Positions 1 through 14,251 of a stretch of 64,000 bases of DNA are shown here, piece after piece. Where the stretch lies: NCBI GenBank assembly GCA_028534125.1, contig CM052817.1:80044001-80108000 (forward strand). Reading direction: 5' to 3'. The notes beneath the pieces are model-generated. The model saw only the letters and a list, made by a program, of their open reading frames with translations, was not told the DNA's origin and made no database searches. A program made the position numbers and the translations under genes. Position 1 is the first letter of the stretch; every line of letters begins with the position of its first letter. Source of the stretch: Lama glama. Taxonomy: Eukaryota.

Positions 1-1505
1 TGCTCCTGGCTTCTAGAAAGCCAAATACGTGATCTCCTTCTAGCAGGTATAATAATCTCAGTCCTGGCTTCACCAGTTTTCAACTCTTCTTTTCTATTTG
101 CCTTATTTAAAAGCCATTAAAAATTTTTTTTGTCTTGGTATATTGTCAGTATCTTTGTAACTCATGTTAAATATTATTTGGGATCAGATAAGTTATACCG
201 CAATGAAAAATAGTGTACTTACTGATTTGTTATTTTAACCACAGAGTGGCTGCTATGTCGTCATATATAGCGTTGGGTGCTAGGGATTAAAAGTCAAATC
301 AGATAGGCCCCTAACACCTGAAAGTAACACAATATTGTAGATCAACCATACTTTAATTTAAAAAAGGCTCCTGCTCCTTAAGATGTGTACTGTCTGGCAG
401 GACAAGAAAGAGCTGTAAGTCAGTAAGGGCCCTGAAATGTCACAGCTGCTTTGCTTGTGTTGTGTCCTGTGGGAAGAGTGAAGTCATATGAAGGAAGACA
501 GTCGATTCTAATAGGAAAGTCAGAAAGGGCTTCCAACAGGAGTGACTGCTGAATGGAGTGTTAGGAAGCAAGTATGTGCTTGCCAGGCAGCTGACTGTTA
601 CCTAATTACCACCAAAAAGTGATGCTTTACGTTCTTGTTATAAACAAAGTTACACTATATACTAGGCCCTCTACCCAACCTTTAACAGCTATGTGGCTAG
701 TAGCCCCATAAAGCAGGAGGGTTCATTTCGTTATTTACATAGATGTTTTGCAATCAACTAATTTTCCTTGGAAGGTACTATTTTCTGGGGTGTGTGAATA
801 TGAAGGAACAGAGAGAGGAGAAGTAACCATCGGTTCCTGTCTTGGGAGGGTGGAGCTGTGGGTGGGGTCTTTGATCATCGGTCACACAGGGGAACGCAGC
901 ACACTAGCGGACTGACTGCTGATGAGCAGCGCTCAGGCCTGTGCCAGCTCGTTAGAAGGAACCCACTTCTCACGCACTCCATCCCCTTGGCTTGTTTCCA
1001 CTTAAGTCCCAATCAGAGATGCGTGGCCTTGATCATTATCAATATAACTGCTTTACTCTGCTTTGGGAAATGATGCTTAATTAGTACTTGAAAGTAGGAC
1101 ATTATTTCTAATTCACTAAGTCAAAGCACATCATAAATCTAAATCTAAATCTATTCTGCAAATGTATTTTACTATTCTAAGGTGAGAGGATAATAACTGT
1201 TCTTTAGAAAACTATGCTGGTGGAACAGTGACTTGGGAAAGATGTGAAGGGGCTGGATGGGGTCACAGAGGGATGGGTTAAACTTCATGGAAGCAGTAGG
1301 GATAGGAGGAGAGCAGTGCTGGTGCAGTTTGGACTGACCCTGTGGACCGGGTTTGATGCACGGGGGCAGCAGTGCTCACGGCAGGTCAACCTGACTGGAG
1401 TCTCATCACAGAGGCTCGCCCTGCTGTGTGAAGATGCTGCCTAGGGCAGTGACTCAGCAGATGCTTATCTCCCAATGATCTGGCAAGCCAGTTTTTAAGA
1501 GGACT

Positions 1506-1932
1506 GCATTAGTCAGGGTTCTCCAGAGAAAAAGAACTATTAGGAGCTATATCTGAGACAGAGTGGGGAGGAGGAGAGGGGCAGGGGGAAGGAGAGATTT
1601 TTTTTAAGAAAGTGGTTCGTGTAATTTTGGAAGCTGACAACCTGTCAGGATGGAGACCCAGAGAACCCATGCTGATGCTGTGGTTCAAGTTCGAAAGGTC
1701 ATCTGCTGGCAGAATTCCTTCTTACTCTGGGGAGGTCAGTCTTGTTCTACCCAGGCCTTCAAGTGATTGAATGAGGCCACCCACATTGTGGAGGACAATT
1801 TGCTTTACTCAGAGTCTGTCTGTTTAATATAAATCTCATTCAAAATCACTCCAACGGAAACATCCGGAATAATGTTTGACCAAATATCTGGGCACTGTGG
1901 CCCAGCCAAGTTGACACATGAAATTAACAATC
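1506..1932. mobile_element. ERVL solo LTR, MLT2-like
   Basis: Starts TGCATTAGTCAGGGTTCTCCAGAGAAA and ends CCAAGTTGACACATGAAATTAAC, the typical MLT2 termini; subfamily assigned by eye. Confidence 0.75.
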
Positions 1933-2225
1933 CCAGGGCCCTTGTTGGCATAAATCCTAGACTGGCCTGAGTGCTCAATCCTGGCTTGGATAGGACCACT
2001 TTATTCACAGTGATGTCCCAAGGATGTGGAGCAGACTGTTCCTGGTAGAGACACTAGACTGGCCTCTTATTAATACTGAGATCGTTTAGTTTTGCTTTGG
2101 TCCCCAGCTCACCACTGAGGCCACAAGGAGGCACCTCCTTCTATGACTGGTGCTTGCCTGGGGGCATGGAAGCTAGCAGCTTTCTCTGCCCGCTCCTCCT
2201 TTCCTCTCCCTTCTCCTTCTCCTCC

Positions 2226-2975
2226 TTTAAATTGAGATATAATTGACATACAGCATTGTACTAGTTTTAGTTGTACAATATGATTTGAGGTATGCATATA
2301 TTGTGAAATGATCACCACGGTATGTTTAGTCAACACCTGTCGTCTCACATAGTTAGATTTTTTTCCTTAGGATGAGAACTTCTAAGATCTGCCCTCCTAG
2401 CAACTTTCAGTTGCAACACAGCATTGTTAACTGTCATCTCCGTGCTGTGTGTTACATCCCAGGACTTACTTGTCTTGTAATTGGAAGTTTGTACATTTAG
2501 ACCACCTTTACCCATTTTGTCCACCTCCCCAGCCCCCTTCTTCTGGCAATCAATCTGTTCTCTGTATCTATGAGGTGTTTTTTTTTTTTATTATTCCACA
2601 TATAAATGAGATCATGCGGTATATATCTTTGTCTGTCTGACTTATTTCACTTAGCATAATGCCCTTAAGGGCCATCCTTGTTGTCACAAATCGTAGGATT
2701 TTCTCCTTTTTTTTATGGCGAATGATTTTCCTATGTTGTGTGTGTGTGTGCGCATTTTACATTTTCTTTATCTTTTCATCCATCTGATGGGCACTTAAGT
2801 TGTTTCCATGTCTTGGGTATTGTAAATAGTGCTGCAGTGAACATGGGTGCAGATTTTTTTCTTTCTTGGGCTAGTGATTTTGTTTTCTTTGTATAAATAC
2901 CCACAAGTGGAATTGGATCATACAGTAGTTTTATTTTTAATTTTCTGAGGAACCTCCAAACTGTTTTTCATTAGC
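2226..2975 (-). mobile_element. Old L1 3' end fragment (L1MA-like)
   Basis: Reverse-oriented L1 3' UTR motifs (TTTAAATTGAGATATAATTGACATA; CTTATTTCACTTAGCATAATG; GAGGAACCTCCAAACTGTTT). Confidence 0.8.
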
Positions 2976-5776
2976 TCTTCTTGTTCTCTTTTTCTTCCCC
3001 TGACGTGTGTGGGTTAGTTTTGCTTCTCTAGGATTTCTGGAAACAAGGATGATGATCCTATTCCAGAAAAAGAGATATTATTAAATTAAACAAACAAACA
3101 AAAAAGGATTCCCAGCAAGATGACAGTAATACTTACATGTGGAGATGTTTTGGGCTGCTGTTGCCTGTGGTCATGGGTAGGATTACTGCTGTCCCTGGTC
3201 CCTGTCAGCTCCCATCTGCTCTGAAGTCTCCCCCGCTCCTCCCCCATCACAGAAGTGAACTGGCCTCAGATGCCTGTTCCTGAGGACCTGACAGCAGAGG
3301 GGAGTTGAGCCTGCAGTCCAATTGGGTGAAACAGATGCTAGTTTTTTTTTTTTTAAGTCACATTCTAGTCTGAGCTTGGAAATGTCTGTTGCTTCTGTTT
3401 TAGCATCATCCTCTTCTCTTGTAGAGGAAAATTAGCTCTGGTTAGAAGCAGGGACATCAGCATAACTAGAGGCACTTCTGCTGTAGGTTGTCCGAGACTG
3501 AAGAGAAGGAAGGGAAGGTGGTGGTTCCCAGATGACTTTTTGCTTTTCAGAACATATCACTGGCACTGCTGGGAGAGAGCAAGGAACGTGAGGAGGTGCG
3601 ATTAGGTGCTGGGCCAGGTGCAGGGGAGTGTTTCCAGGGACCACCGATCTCCCTTACCTGCACCCTGGACTGGTGGTTCTCCTTAACTAGTTCTCTTTGT
3701 CTATGTCCTCAGGAGCAAGATGCCTCCCCATTGGGAAGCTAGAAGGCCATGCCATACAGTACCACTGGATACACAGAGATGTCAGTGTGCTGATTTTGTA
3801 GCAGAATGGCACAAAATGACAAACCTTCTTTGGTGGCTTGAGTTGCTGTTAAAAAAAAAAAAAAGACTGAATGATGAGCTTTGCTTGGCTGACAGAATGA
3901 GTGAATTCGTTTTAGGGAACATTGAGGGACTTTGTGCTCGTCAGTTTTTTCTTAGGAGGCAAGGTTGTCTTCGAGAGGGAGAGGTGTGGCTGCAGGCCAG
4001 GCCTGTGGGGCAAGGTGTGAGTTTGGTGGCTGCTGTGGAAAACAGGAGAAGAGAGCCCTGTGACATGCCCATGGTGGCTAACCGTGTGCTGAGGGCCCAC
4101 TCGAGGGCTGGAGACCCCACATTCCTAATAACACCACTCTGGACGGTTGGGTCCACGCCACGTACATTTCCAACAGTGCAAGGGCAGGAGTGGAGAAGCC
4201 AGATGGCCATGTTGATCCAAAAATTGGGGCTTGGCTTTAAGAAGTGCTAGAAAGAAAAAGCAGGAGAGTTGCATGATGCCCCACAGACTTTAGAGTGACA
4301 AGGAAGGGAAACCCAAGAGGCTGAGGAGGGGTAGGTACATGGTGGAGTCAAGATCAGTTAAGCCATTGAGGCTGAAAAACCAGCCAAAGGAAATGAGCCT
4401 GTACCACTCAGAGTTTGGGGTGAAGCAGCTCTCGAATGATGGCAGGGCCGTGAGGATAGTGAATGCAGGTTGCTGGATTCAATCAGCCAAGGATCTTGAG
4501 GCTACATTGTTGGTGGGTCTTCTCCAAGAACAGTGAAGTCTTTTGAGATGATGGCAAGAGACATGAGGTACCAAGTTCCAAGGTCTTCAGTGAGTGATAG
4601 TGACCAGTCAGTGGGTAGCACTGGCAAAGAGGAAGAGAGAGGATGGACCCTGAAGAAGGAAAAACTTTAGTATGGTGACACAAAATTAACGTTGTAGATG
4701 CTGCTGCAGGAAGCCGGGAAATGGCTTCATACGCTAAGAGGGGAGAGACCAGATCCCAGTTGAACATGGCTGTTTGGAAGACTTGGCTGGACCCCAGTGT
4801 GCTGGAGTCCCAGTGGTGTTGCAAGCAGCCCTCACGATTTGAGTGTTGCAAGGGGGAAAGGTCTGGGTAGGGTAAGGAAAACATCTTCTGGTAAAGGAGA
4901 CTGTTTTCTATTTTTAAAAAACATCACTGTTGGAATAGGTGATCTATAAAGCACCCTCCTGGTTTAAACGTTCTTTCTGTGGATCTGAGAAAATGCAGAT
5001 CAGGAGTTTAATCCCTTGTGTTGCCCACACTATGGAAGACTATGCCTAGATCCTGAATAATCTTTTCTTTTTGTGAAAATCACCATTCCTGTAGCTGTAG
5101 AAAGTAGAATACTTTAGAAATTCTTTGTAGGGGGATAGATCATTACGACAGTAAAAGGTATGAGCTGAGAAGAGTGAGATATATTTGTTTCCGGTCTTGG
5201 AACAATTTACTCGGGAGGGCAACTCCCTTCCATGCCTGAGATAAGAGGTTTCAGTTCAGAGCATCTCGAACAGAATCACTTTCTGTGCCTAAAGCCTTTC
5301 CTTTTTCCTCCAAAAATAGTGCGGAGACAATGGTGGACGCCTTCATGGATATCTGATTTTTTTTTTTTTTACCTCTTTCACATAGCCTCATTTATCTTTT
5401 GGAGGAAGCAGAAAGAATAAATTAAATCAGGAGAGCAGACAGAGTAAGGGAGGTAGAAAGTAAAGAGGGAAAGGAAGGAAGAGGGAAAAACAAACACACA
5501 CCCAGGAGTACGCAAGAGAAGATTTAGGCTGAAACAGACTTTCATATTCAAAACTCTGAGTAATTAGTTGTATGCGGCTCTTGGCGTTCTCTTCAGAGAG
5601 TGGTTCCAAATCTGCACAGGAGAAGGGAGCAAAAGAAAACAAAAATGATGATTTTTCTCGGCACAGGGAAAGGAAATACATTCAGTAATTATGCTTTAAG
5701 GCTCGTTTTTTGGGATAGAAGTGTGAATACTAGAGCAAATGCTACTTGCTTTGCTATTTGTACTTTTGTGAATTTA

Positions 5777-6016
5777 TTTTTTAAATTGAGGTATAGTAAG
5801 TTATAATTTCTGATATACAGCATAATGTGCCAGTCATGCACATACATACATATATTCATTTTCATATTCTTTTTCGTTAAAGGTTGTTATAAGATATTGA
5901 ATATAGTTCCCTGTGCTGTACAGAAGAAATTTTTAAAATCTGTTTTTATATATAGTGGTTAACATTTGCAAATCTCAAACTCCTAAATTTATCCCTTCCC
6001 ACCCCCTTTCCCCTTG
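5777..6016 (-). mobile_element. 5'-truncated lineage-specific L1 3' tip
   Basis: Reverse complement resembles the 3' end of the L1 at 42310-42560. Confidence 0.75.
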
Positions 6017-6879
6017 TAATTTTTTAACTTTATAAACTATAGCAATTAACTCTTTGTCTTTTACTATAAGGCATAAGAAGACAGCATAAAAATATCTTCT
6101 TTGGGAAGATAAATCCCCTTCTTGGTATTTTCCTTCGTTCTTCTGCTTCCCACCCCTCCCACCCATCCTCACACAACTAATTAATTGCTTGGAACAAGGC
6201 AGTTTTAGCATTCTTTCAACTAGCTATTCCTTGAAGAACGACACTGAGGAAATGATAGCGTGAAATGCTTCTCAGGGCAGTGCCGCTCGGCACCCAGAGA
6301 GGACTGTTGACCTTTGACCCTGGGTCATGAGGTGATCTTGGGAAAAGCCATCACCCAACTTGGGACTCTGCTTCCTTGTCTTTAACTGAAAAGTCTGCAC
6401 TGGATGATTGATTTGTAGGGGCCAAGCTCTGAGGATTTTTGACCCAGTTTCTCCTGGAGGTTCAAAGAATCAGTTTGAGGAAGGGCTGATAATGTCATCC
6501 CAAATAGGCATGGCCAAAGGAAAAGAGGGTGGGCCCAGAAAAGAGGGCACTTCGTGTTGGGCCTGTCCCTGGAGACAGGCAGACAGTAACAACTCTAAAG
6601 TAGAAGACATGCGAGGCCAAGAGGGGACACCGCTGTGGTTGGGGTTGGGTGCACAGGTAGATGACAAGGCGGACCTGGCTTTCTACACAGGGGCTGGGAT
6701 CGACTCATTCCTCACCTAGAATGCTCTCAACAGCTATTCCTGAAGTTAGAGAAGAATGCAAAACTGTGATCAAGTTGTTCTTCTGGCCCCAGCCCTACCG
6801 TCATTCCCCTTTCCCCTGTATTCTCGCTCCTCTGTGAGCTGGCTCTCAGGGCTTCATCTTGCACGTCTGTGCGGGTACT

Positions 6880-7060
6880 GCGGAGACCTGGCTTTCTGTC
6901 CCAGCTGTGCCTTTCTAGTTACATGATCTTGGGTAGGTTACTTAATTTCTTTAACTACCAGTTTCCTCATCTGCTAAGTGGGGGCAATATTAATGTTAAT
7001 TAATGTCAATATTGTTGTGAGTATTAATATGTCAGGTAGTAAGCCCTGAATGGGTGTTAG
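6880..7060 (+). mobile_element. MIR SINE
   Basis: Degenerate MIR core (TGATCTTGGGTAGGTTACTTAA...CAGTTTCCTCATCTG). Confidence 0.65.
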
Positions 7061-7134
7061 CTGGGACTGTTGTTTATTATTCCTAAATCTGCCTTTTACA
7101 GACTTGTACCTCTTCTGTCCTCCAGCGCTTCACT

Positions 7135-7594
7135 TACCTATTGCTGTATAACAAACATCTCAAAATGTAATGGCCTAAAATTACCATATTATTATTTCTC
7201 ATGATTCTGTGGACTGTCAGTAGTTCAGCTGGATGGTCCCTCTGCTAACATGGTTTGGGATTTCTCATGTAGCTGCAGTCCAATGGTGGCAGAAAGAGGA
7301 ATACCGAGAATGGCTTTACTTAGGTGTCTGGCGCCTTGGCAGGGTAACTGGAGACCTAAGGGTCTCTTTCTCCACATGGTCTCTCCATGAGACTAGCTTG
7401 GGCTTCTTTACATAGTGGCTGGATCGCAAGAGCAAGCTCCAGTGTGTAAGCACCGTTTACATCATGCTTGCTAATGTCCCATTGACCAGATTCAGTCAGC
7501 ATGGCCCACGACTAGAGTCAATATGGGAGGGATTACACAAGGTATGACTATCAAGAGGTGTGGTTCATTGGAGCTACCAAAATAAGTCTACTAC
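7135..7594. mobile_element. MaLR LTR (MLT1-like)
   Basis: CTATTGCTGTATAACAAAC...ATTTCTCATGATTCTGTGG start and GGGATTACACAAGG near the end are typical MLT1 motifs. Confidence 0.6.
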
Positions 7595-10500
7595 ATCCAG
7601 TTTCCAAATCCCTGCTGTCTGGAAAACATCTTCACTTGGCTGTCACTCTGTTAGCTTGAACCTAACCAACTTCACTTCTAATCAAATAAGCAGTTCATTG
7701 TTCTTGTTCAAGAACCTGGAGCTGGATCTGGATCATAAACTGGGTATCCTCATTTGATCAGTTTCCCCCCTAGATTATTCCATCAGTTGTCATATTTCCA
7801 AGTTGAAAACCTAAACACAACTTCCCCCCCTTCTTATTTTTATTTTTTACCAAAATCCAGACTTCATGAAACCCTGGCATTTACTCCTTTGCTCTCCACC
7901 CTCACTGCCACCATCAAAGTCCACATTTGTATTATCTTTCACATGACAGCTGCAATAACCTTTCAGTTAGATTTTCTTTAAACATTGCTTTCGGTTCAAC
8001 GCCTTTCTTTCCAAGAACCTGCAGGGTATTTGGTTGTTAGTACATTAAATCTAGCCTATTGCATTAAACCTGTTTGTTTTTCCAAGGCCCTTATTTATCC
8101 GACCTTACTCCACTTATGCAACTCTTTTTTCACTATTGTGTATCTTCCACCCTTCAGAATCAAGAGAGTGAGGAGGGAAGGTCCTTAATGAAAGAATTTA
8201 AGTTCATCTACATTGTAAGTATCTTGGAACACAGAGGGGAATGGAGGAGGTCATGTCGCGGCAGAGCAAAAATCCTGAAGATAAAATGTGAAGTGGAAAG
8301 GATTGTATTGTTACTGTTTTTGTTTTTGAGAATTAGGTAGAAGGCTAAGGGGGTAATCAGATATTTCAGGGGGTTGGACATTAGATCCCTTTTGATGAAA
8401 TTCGTTATTTTTTAAAAATCTTGAACTGTCTTGTTAATTGCACTACTCCTGTCTTGGTTTGGTTTATATCCATGTAGTCTGTTTTTATTGTTGCCGGTGG
8501 TGCTAGCGTGTGATCTAATGCTGTGCTTGGTGCACACTGAGTGCCTCATAAGTATTTGATGAAGAATATGAACAAGACATAGTTATGTCATACTTTTTAT
8601 AAACTAAAATTGACAACATCAATGAAGTCTAATAAAAAGGTATGTTCTCATATAGTAAATGGAGAGAGATGCGGAAGGCAGTTTCATGAATTATCCTCAG
8701 CATTAAAAGCAGACATCAGTTGAGCACTCAGTGTCTGTGCCCTGGATGCCGATGGGAGCTGGGGGAGTGAGCTTAGTGAGTTACACTGCGTGATGGGAGC
8801 CCTGGTTCTTCTGTAGACAGAGCGTATACCACGTGTTAGGAACATGGGAAGAGAAAGCCATTCTGATTTTTCTTTTTTAGATCTGTAAGCCTCTTGGATC
8901 AGATACAATTTTAAAAATAGGACATTGAAAGAATAGCTTCTTGTTCATATGAGAAAAAAAAACACTTTAAAGTGATAAACATGGAAAGCCATTAACCTAA
9001 GGAAGTTTACCAAGCATATTCAGTTAGCCCCTGACATTACTTCAATATTGCTCACTTTCATTCCAAAGGCATCGTAGTTTTGTGAAACCAGTGATAGTGT
9101 TTCACCTCAGTTATCAAGATACTGTGTAAGGAAATGGAGAATGTTTTTGAAGGATCTCCCCTGCTCCACCAACTGTTAACCACACCTTCAAATACCCTGT
9201 TTTAAAGAACTCGAGAGTAGTCCACTTAACTTTATTAACTTGGACTTCAGAGCGGCTGCATTCTTGGGGGTGGAGCCGTGCTCTTTTCCTGTGACCCTGT
9301 TTTATTCCTTTAACTTCTCAGCACAGCCAAAGAAGGGGCCCTGCTTCTTTGTGGAGACTCAGGCCAAGGCGCCGTGTCCAGCTTCCTACTCAGGCCACCA
9401 AGCGGTGTCACGTGAGGGGTGCAGGGGGGCGTTTTCCTTGGGAGGGCCCCGCAGAAGTGTTGGAAATAGGCCTCGAGCTCTTGGCTGCCAGCAGGGCTTT
9501 CCACAGTGCAGGCTGCGGTAATGCTCGTCATTGATCGAGAGACGTGCCGCCGGGCTATTTTCATGAGGGTCACATAAAACTCTCTTGTCTTCAGCCTGCT
9601 TTAGGAGGTGTTTTCCTAATGATTTTACCAGTCAAATAGAATGACTGTGTCGGAGAGTGGAGTTAAATAACTGGAAGTCTCTGGGCAGCTTCCCTTCTCC
9701 ACCCTGTGCCCCTACTTGCCTTTCCCCTGAAGCTCCTCCCTCCCCAGGCACACACTTACTGCTCTGTTTTCTGTGCTGGAGCTGCCTGAGTTGTGTGATT
9801 TTTGTAGATGAATGTGAACTCTCCAATCCAGAAAGAAGTGCCAGGAACACAAACAGCTAATTGGCATGCGCCCCTAGGGGAGGTGCATGACCAGCCAAGC
9901 TAGTTGCATTATCTCCAGGGGCACTTAGCTTTGAGAGAGAGCTCAGGCTCTCTGAAATCATCCAAGAAGCCACTCTAAAAGGTGGAAGGAATCGCCAAGA
10001 AAAGGCTATAATCAGGAGATGCTTTATCTCTTGGGTTCATTGGCTTGATTTTGAAAATACTTTCTTGAGGCAGTTTATATTTTTGCTGTCAATTTTTCTC
10101 TGAGTTGCTTGTGATTTCAGGGTGCTCTGGCCAGGTTAATAGCCCTTTGAAACAGGGATCTCAACTTGGTGACCCACAAGCCAAACTCCAAACTGCGTGT
10201 GTGAGCACTCAGCTGGGGCTGAGTCATGGCCGCCCTACCAGCTGGGGGTCTGTGCCCTGTGGCTTATCGCGGTCCTCATTGTGCCTGCTCCTCCGGGTCT
10301 TACTGCTAAGCTGCTCTCTCCTGTAGGTTACTCGTGTCGTCCCTGTAGGCCTTTGAGTTTGCCGCTCCTCTTTAAGTACAAGTATTTTCAGAGTTCCTTA
10401 AATGCTGAACTCCGTTTACTCTGAGACAAACCCAAGGGGCTGCTAAGGATTTTTCAAGAATTGATTTGTGTCGTAGAACTAAAATTTAGAAACGTCACGG

Positions 10501-11486
10501 GTTGTTTTTCAGTGGAAATGTTTCTCAGCTTAGAGCAGGAGCCAACCATGACTGAAGGTCTGCCTTTCAACAGTTTGGCCTGAATTAGGCTACCGACTTC
10601 CTTCGAGGCCCATCTGCCTTCGGTCTCATCAGTCAGCAGCGGCCTCTCTGAAACCTGGTGCTTGCACCTGCAGCTTCGGAGGCCTCTGCTGGGAGCCGGC
10701 CTCTCCTAAGTAGCACAGACGAGCTTCCTGTTCACTCAGTAAACCGTTACAGGAAATATAAAGGAATGTGAAGGGACCACATGTTCCAGGGTCACCAGAG
10801 CAATTCTTAGCATTCTTTTACTAATGAAAAATCTTTTTAATTTGGCAACAAACAGATAGCAAAATTGGTATTTGAGCTTCATTCTTCTTTCCTCTGCCCA
10901 CTGTCTGCACTTCTAGTGGAAGTATTCAGAGGCCATGAGTAGAGAATGGAAGAAATTGAGAACCCATGGGGGCAGAGTAGCCCACAGACCATGTAATGAG
11001 CCTCTGAATAATTGAGAACCTGGTAAGTAGGATAAGCCATCAAAAACAAGAATTTTCAAATAATGATTCCTCTTAGAATCAGTTCATGTTTTCCCCATGA
11101 TTATTAGAGTTAAATCATTAAAATATAATATTAACTGAAACTTTGCATCAGATTTTCATCCTGTATTGTGTTGTGTTTTTATTCCATATGCTTTGGTAAG
11201 ACCGAGCTCATAGTGAGTCAACCACAAGTTGTAGAATTAAAAAAACCTACATACATTAGAGACTGAATTGTTTGGTCTCTGGGCTCTTCCAACTGTGGGT
11301 TTTCAATGTCATCCACTTTTGTTCTACTGTGGAAACTGAAGTTACAGTAACAATAATATCTAGAGGGTTCTTTACATTGCTTGACATTTTTTTCTCTCAA
11401 ATAATTCTTTGTACCTTAAAGTACATGTTTCAAATGTTAATTCTTAAACTAGGTGAGATTTTGAACTAGCTGGCTGACATTTTAAA

Positions 11487-11762
11487 ATTTTTTTTAAATT
11501 TTGAGGTAATTGTAGATACACGTGCAATCGTAAGAAGTAATACAGAGATTCCATGTCCCCTCTGCCCAGTTTTCCCCAATTGTAACATCTTGCAGCACCA
11601 AAGTATATCACACCAGGGTATTGACATCGACACAGCCAAGACACCGAACACCTCCATCATCGCAAGGATTCCTCAGGTTGCCCTTTTTATGCCCACGCTC
11701 ACCACCCCCCAACCCTACCTCTGGCAACTGCCAATGTATTCTCCATTTCCATAGTTTTGTCG
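11487..11762 (-). mobile_element. Old L1 3' fragment (L1MC-like)
   Basis: GAGGTAATTGTAGATACACGTGCAATCGTAAGAAGTAATACAGAGA... resembles an L1MC 3' end in reverse. Confidence 0.7.
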
Positions 11763-12192
11763 CCAAGTTATTTTTAGAAACATTTCTCCAACAGTTGACC
11801 TCTGGAAAAAAAAAGGCCCCTTTAATATTTGTGTAGAGCTGATGACTTGTGTAGTGGAAGCTGGTATTTATCCATGCGTGCTCTCAGTGTTGCTCGGGTT
11901 GCTGTGCCAGGAGACAGCGTGGGGTCCTAAAGTCTAGATTACTGAGCTGTCAGTGCTGCAGCTATGCTTGCCAGAAAATGCCCTGCCAAAGCTTGACGGA
12001 ATTTTCCTGCCTGAATTACACTACCTCTGCAAGGCAGGCCGAGAAGTGCCCTGGGTGGCAAGCTTTTCTGGCCTCTCCCTGCCACTAGAATAGTCAGATA
12101 CTGTCGGGGCCCCTGGCAGCTGTGGAGAAGGTGCAGGAACATGTTTTCTTCACCTGTTGTGACTATTTACTGATGCATGTTACAACTTTGAA

Positions 12193-12830
12193 CTTTTTTT
12201 TTTTTTGTATATATATATGTTTTTTATTGAAGTATAGTCAGTTTACAATGTTATGTCAGTTTCTGGTGTACAACATAATGCTTCAGTCATACATGAACAT
12301 ACATATATTCATTTTCATATTCTTTTTCACCATAAGTTACTACAAGATATTGAAGATAGTTCTCTGCACTATAGGGCATGAACTTGTTTCTCTCTTCTAG
12401 ATATATCAGTATCTGCAAATCTCTAACTCCCAATTTATTCCCCACCCCACCCTGGAACCACAAGTTTGTTCTCTATGTCTAAGAGTCTGTTTCTCTTTTG
12501 CAAATAAGTTTGTTTGGCTTTTTTTTTTTTCAGATTTCACATATAAGTGATATCATATGGTATTTTTTCTCCAGTTATCTGTTGATGGTTGTTTCCATGT
12601 CTTGGCTATTGTATATAGAGCTGCTATGAACATTAGGGTGCATGTATCTTTTTGAATTAAGTTTCCCTCTGGATATATGCCTAGGGTGGGATTGCTGGAT
12701 CATATGGTAAGTTTACTTTTAGTTTTTTGAGGAATCTCCATACTGTTTTCCATAACGACTGCACCAAACTACATTCCCACCAACACTGTAGAAGGGTTCC
12801 CTTTTCTCCACATCCTCTCCAGCATTTCTC
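12193..12830 (-). mobile_element. 5'-truncated lineage-specific L1 3' end
   Basis: Poly-T followed by reverse L1 3' UTR, similar to the copies at 41760-42560 and 46213-46364. Confidence 0.85.
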
Positions 12831-13375
12831 TCTTTCCATCTTTGAAATTATCTTCAAAGATGCTGCACAGCTGTTTTAACCTTGTGTCGCACTTGGAGCT
12901 TCTGGAATGCAAGGTGCCGCATAGTCTTTTCTTCTTTTTTGCTATCAGTATGACTTCATTATGTGATGCCATGGTAGAGTAAAAGCCATCGCCATCCTTA
13001 CACAAGCTTCTGTGTTATTAGAGGAATCTGGAATCACCTAATGTCTACAGCTGTTCAGGCATGTGTTACACTTACTCTTATCTGTGGCTCAGCAGCTCAA
13101 ACACTTGCACTTTAGGACATGAAGTATGAGATCCAGTAGAGGAGCTTTTGGAGGAAATTGATTTTTGTAGGTTTTTATGGATTGGAAGTGCTTGTAACAG
13201 TTCTGTCTTTGGCATAAATCAGCTGTACGTTTTCAGTTTTTTTATTGCAAAAATTAAATAATCTGGCTTAGATGTAAATGACAAGAAATTTAGTATTTCA
13301 GACCTATTTTATTACACTTACTTTTATTTAAACTGTTTTAAATATTCTGTCATCATTGATAGTCCTAAGTCCCAT

Positions 13376-13751
13376 TGTTGCTGAAAGATCGGCCCCTGTC
13401 CCTGATGATGCGAATTGAAACTCAGAGACAGGGTCTTGGAGCTTAGAAGAAAGGAGACAGCTTTATTGCTTTGCCGGGCAAAGGGGACTCACAGCAGGCT
13501 AGTGCCTTCAAGACTGTGAGCCCATCTTGGGGCTGGGGCAGGGTGATTACATAGCCGTAGCTTAAACAATAAAGCATCGATAACACTCAACAGAATCATT
13601 TTCTTCTCATAAGACTCAGAGTGGCGTCATGGTGTCTCCAGGTGACCAGTAGAGGTTGCTCTTTCAATCTCTTTGGCTTACAAGACCCAAGGCATGGTCT
13701 TCTTGGTAATTCAGGCTATTTTGTAAGGTTACAGTCCCTTGACCTCCCTGG
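13376..13751 (-). mobile_element. ERV LTR fragment running into the assembly gap
   Basis: Begins TGTTG (LTR terminus); contains CTTTATT (AATAAA on - strand) and LTR-like CAAAGGGGACTCACAGCAGGCTAGTGCCTTCAAGACTGTG; cut off by Ns. Confidence 0.6.
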
Positions 13752-14251
13752 NNNNNNNNNNNNNNNNNNNNNNNNNNNNNNNNNNNNNNNNNNNNNNNNN
13801 NNNNNNNNNNNNNNNNNNNNNNNNNNNNNNNNNNNNNNNNNNNNNNNNNNNNNNNNNNNNNNNNNNNNNNNNNNNNNNNNNNNNNNNNNNNNNNNNNNNN
13901 NNNNNNNNNNNNNNNNNNNNNNNNNNNNNNNNNNNNNNNNNNNNNNNNNNNNNNNNNNNNNNNNNNNNNNNNNNNNNNNNNNNNNNNNNNNNNNNNNNNN
14001 NNNNNNNNNNNNNNNNNNNNNNNNNNNNNNNNNNNNNNNNNNNNNNNNNNNNNNNNNNNNNNNNNNNNNNNNNNNNNNNNNNNNNNNNNNNNNNNNNNNN
14101 NNNNNNNNNNNNNNNNNNNNNNNNNNNNNNNNNNNNNNNNNNNNNNNNNNNNNNNNNNNNNNNNNNNNNNNNNNNNNNNNNNNNNNNNNNNNNNNNNNNN
14201 NNNNNNNNNNNNNNNNNNNNNNNNNNNNNNNNNNNNNNNNNNNNNNNNNNN
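13752..14251. other. Assembly gap (500 N)
   Basis: Run of exactly 500 Ns, probably a placeholder length. Confidence 1.

Noticed and set aside
1..20. CTGGCTTCT resembling the end of FGF2 exon 2
   Set aside because: Not followed by a GT donor and the preceding bases do not match.
3720..4250. 176-aa ORF and overlapping ORFs
   Set aside because: No homology recognised; low-complexity runs; consistent with chance ORFs in intronic sequence.
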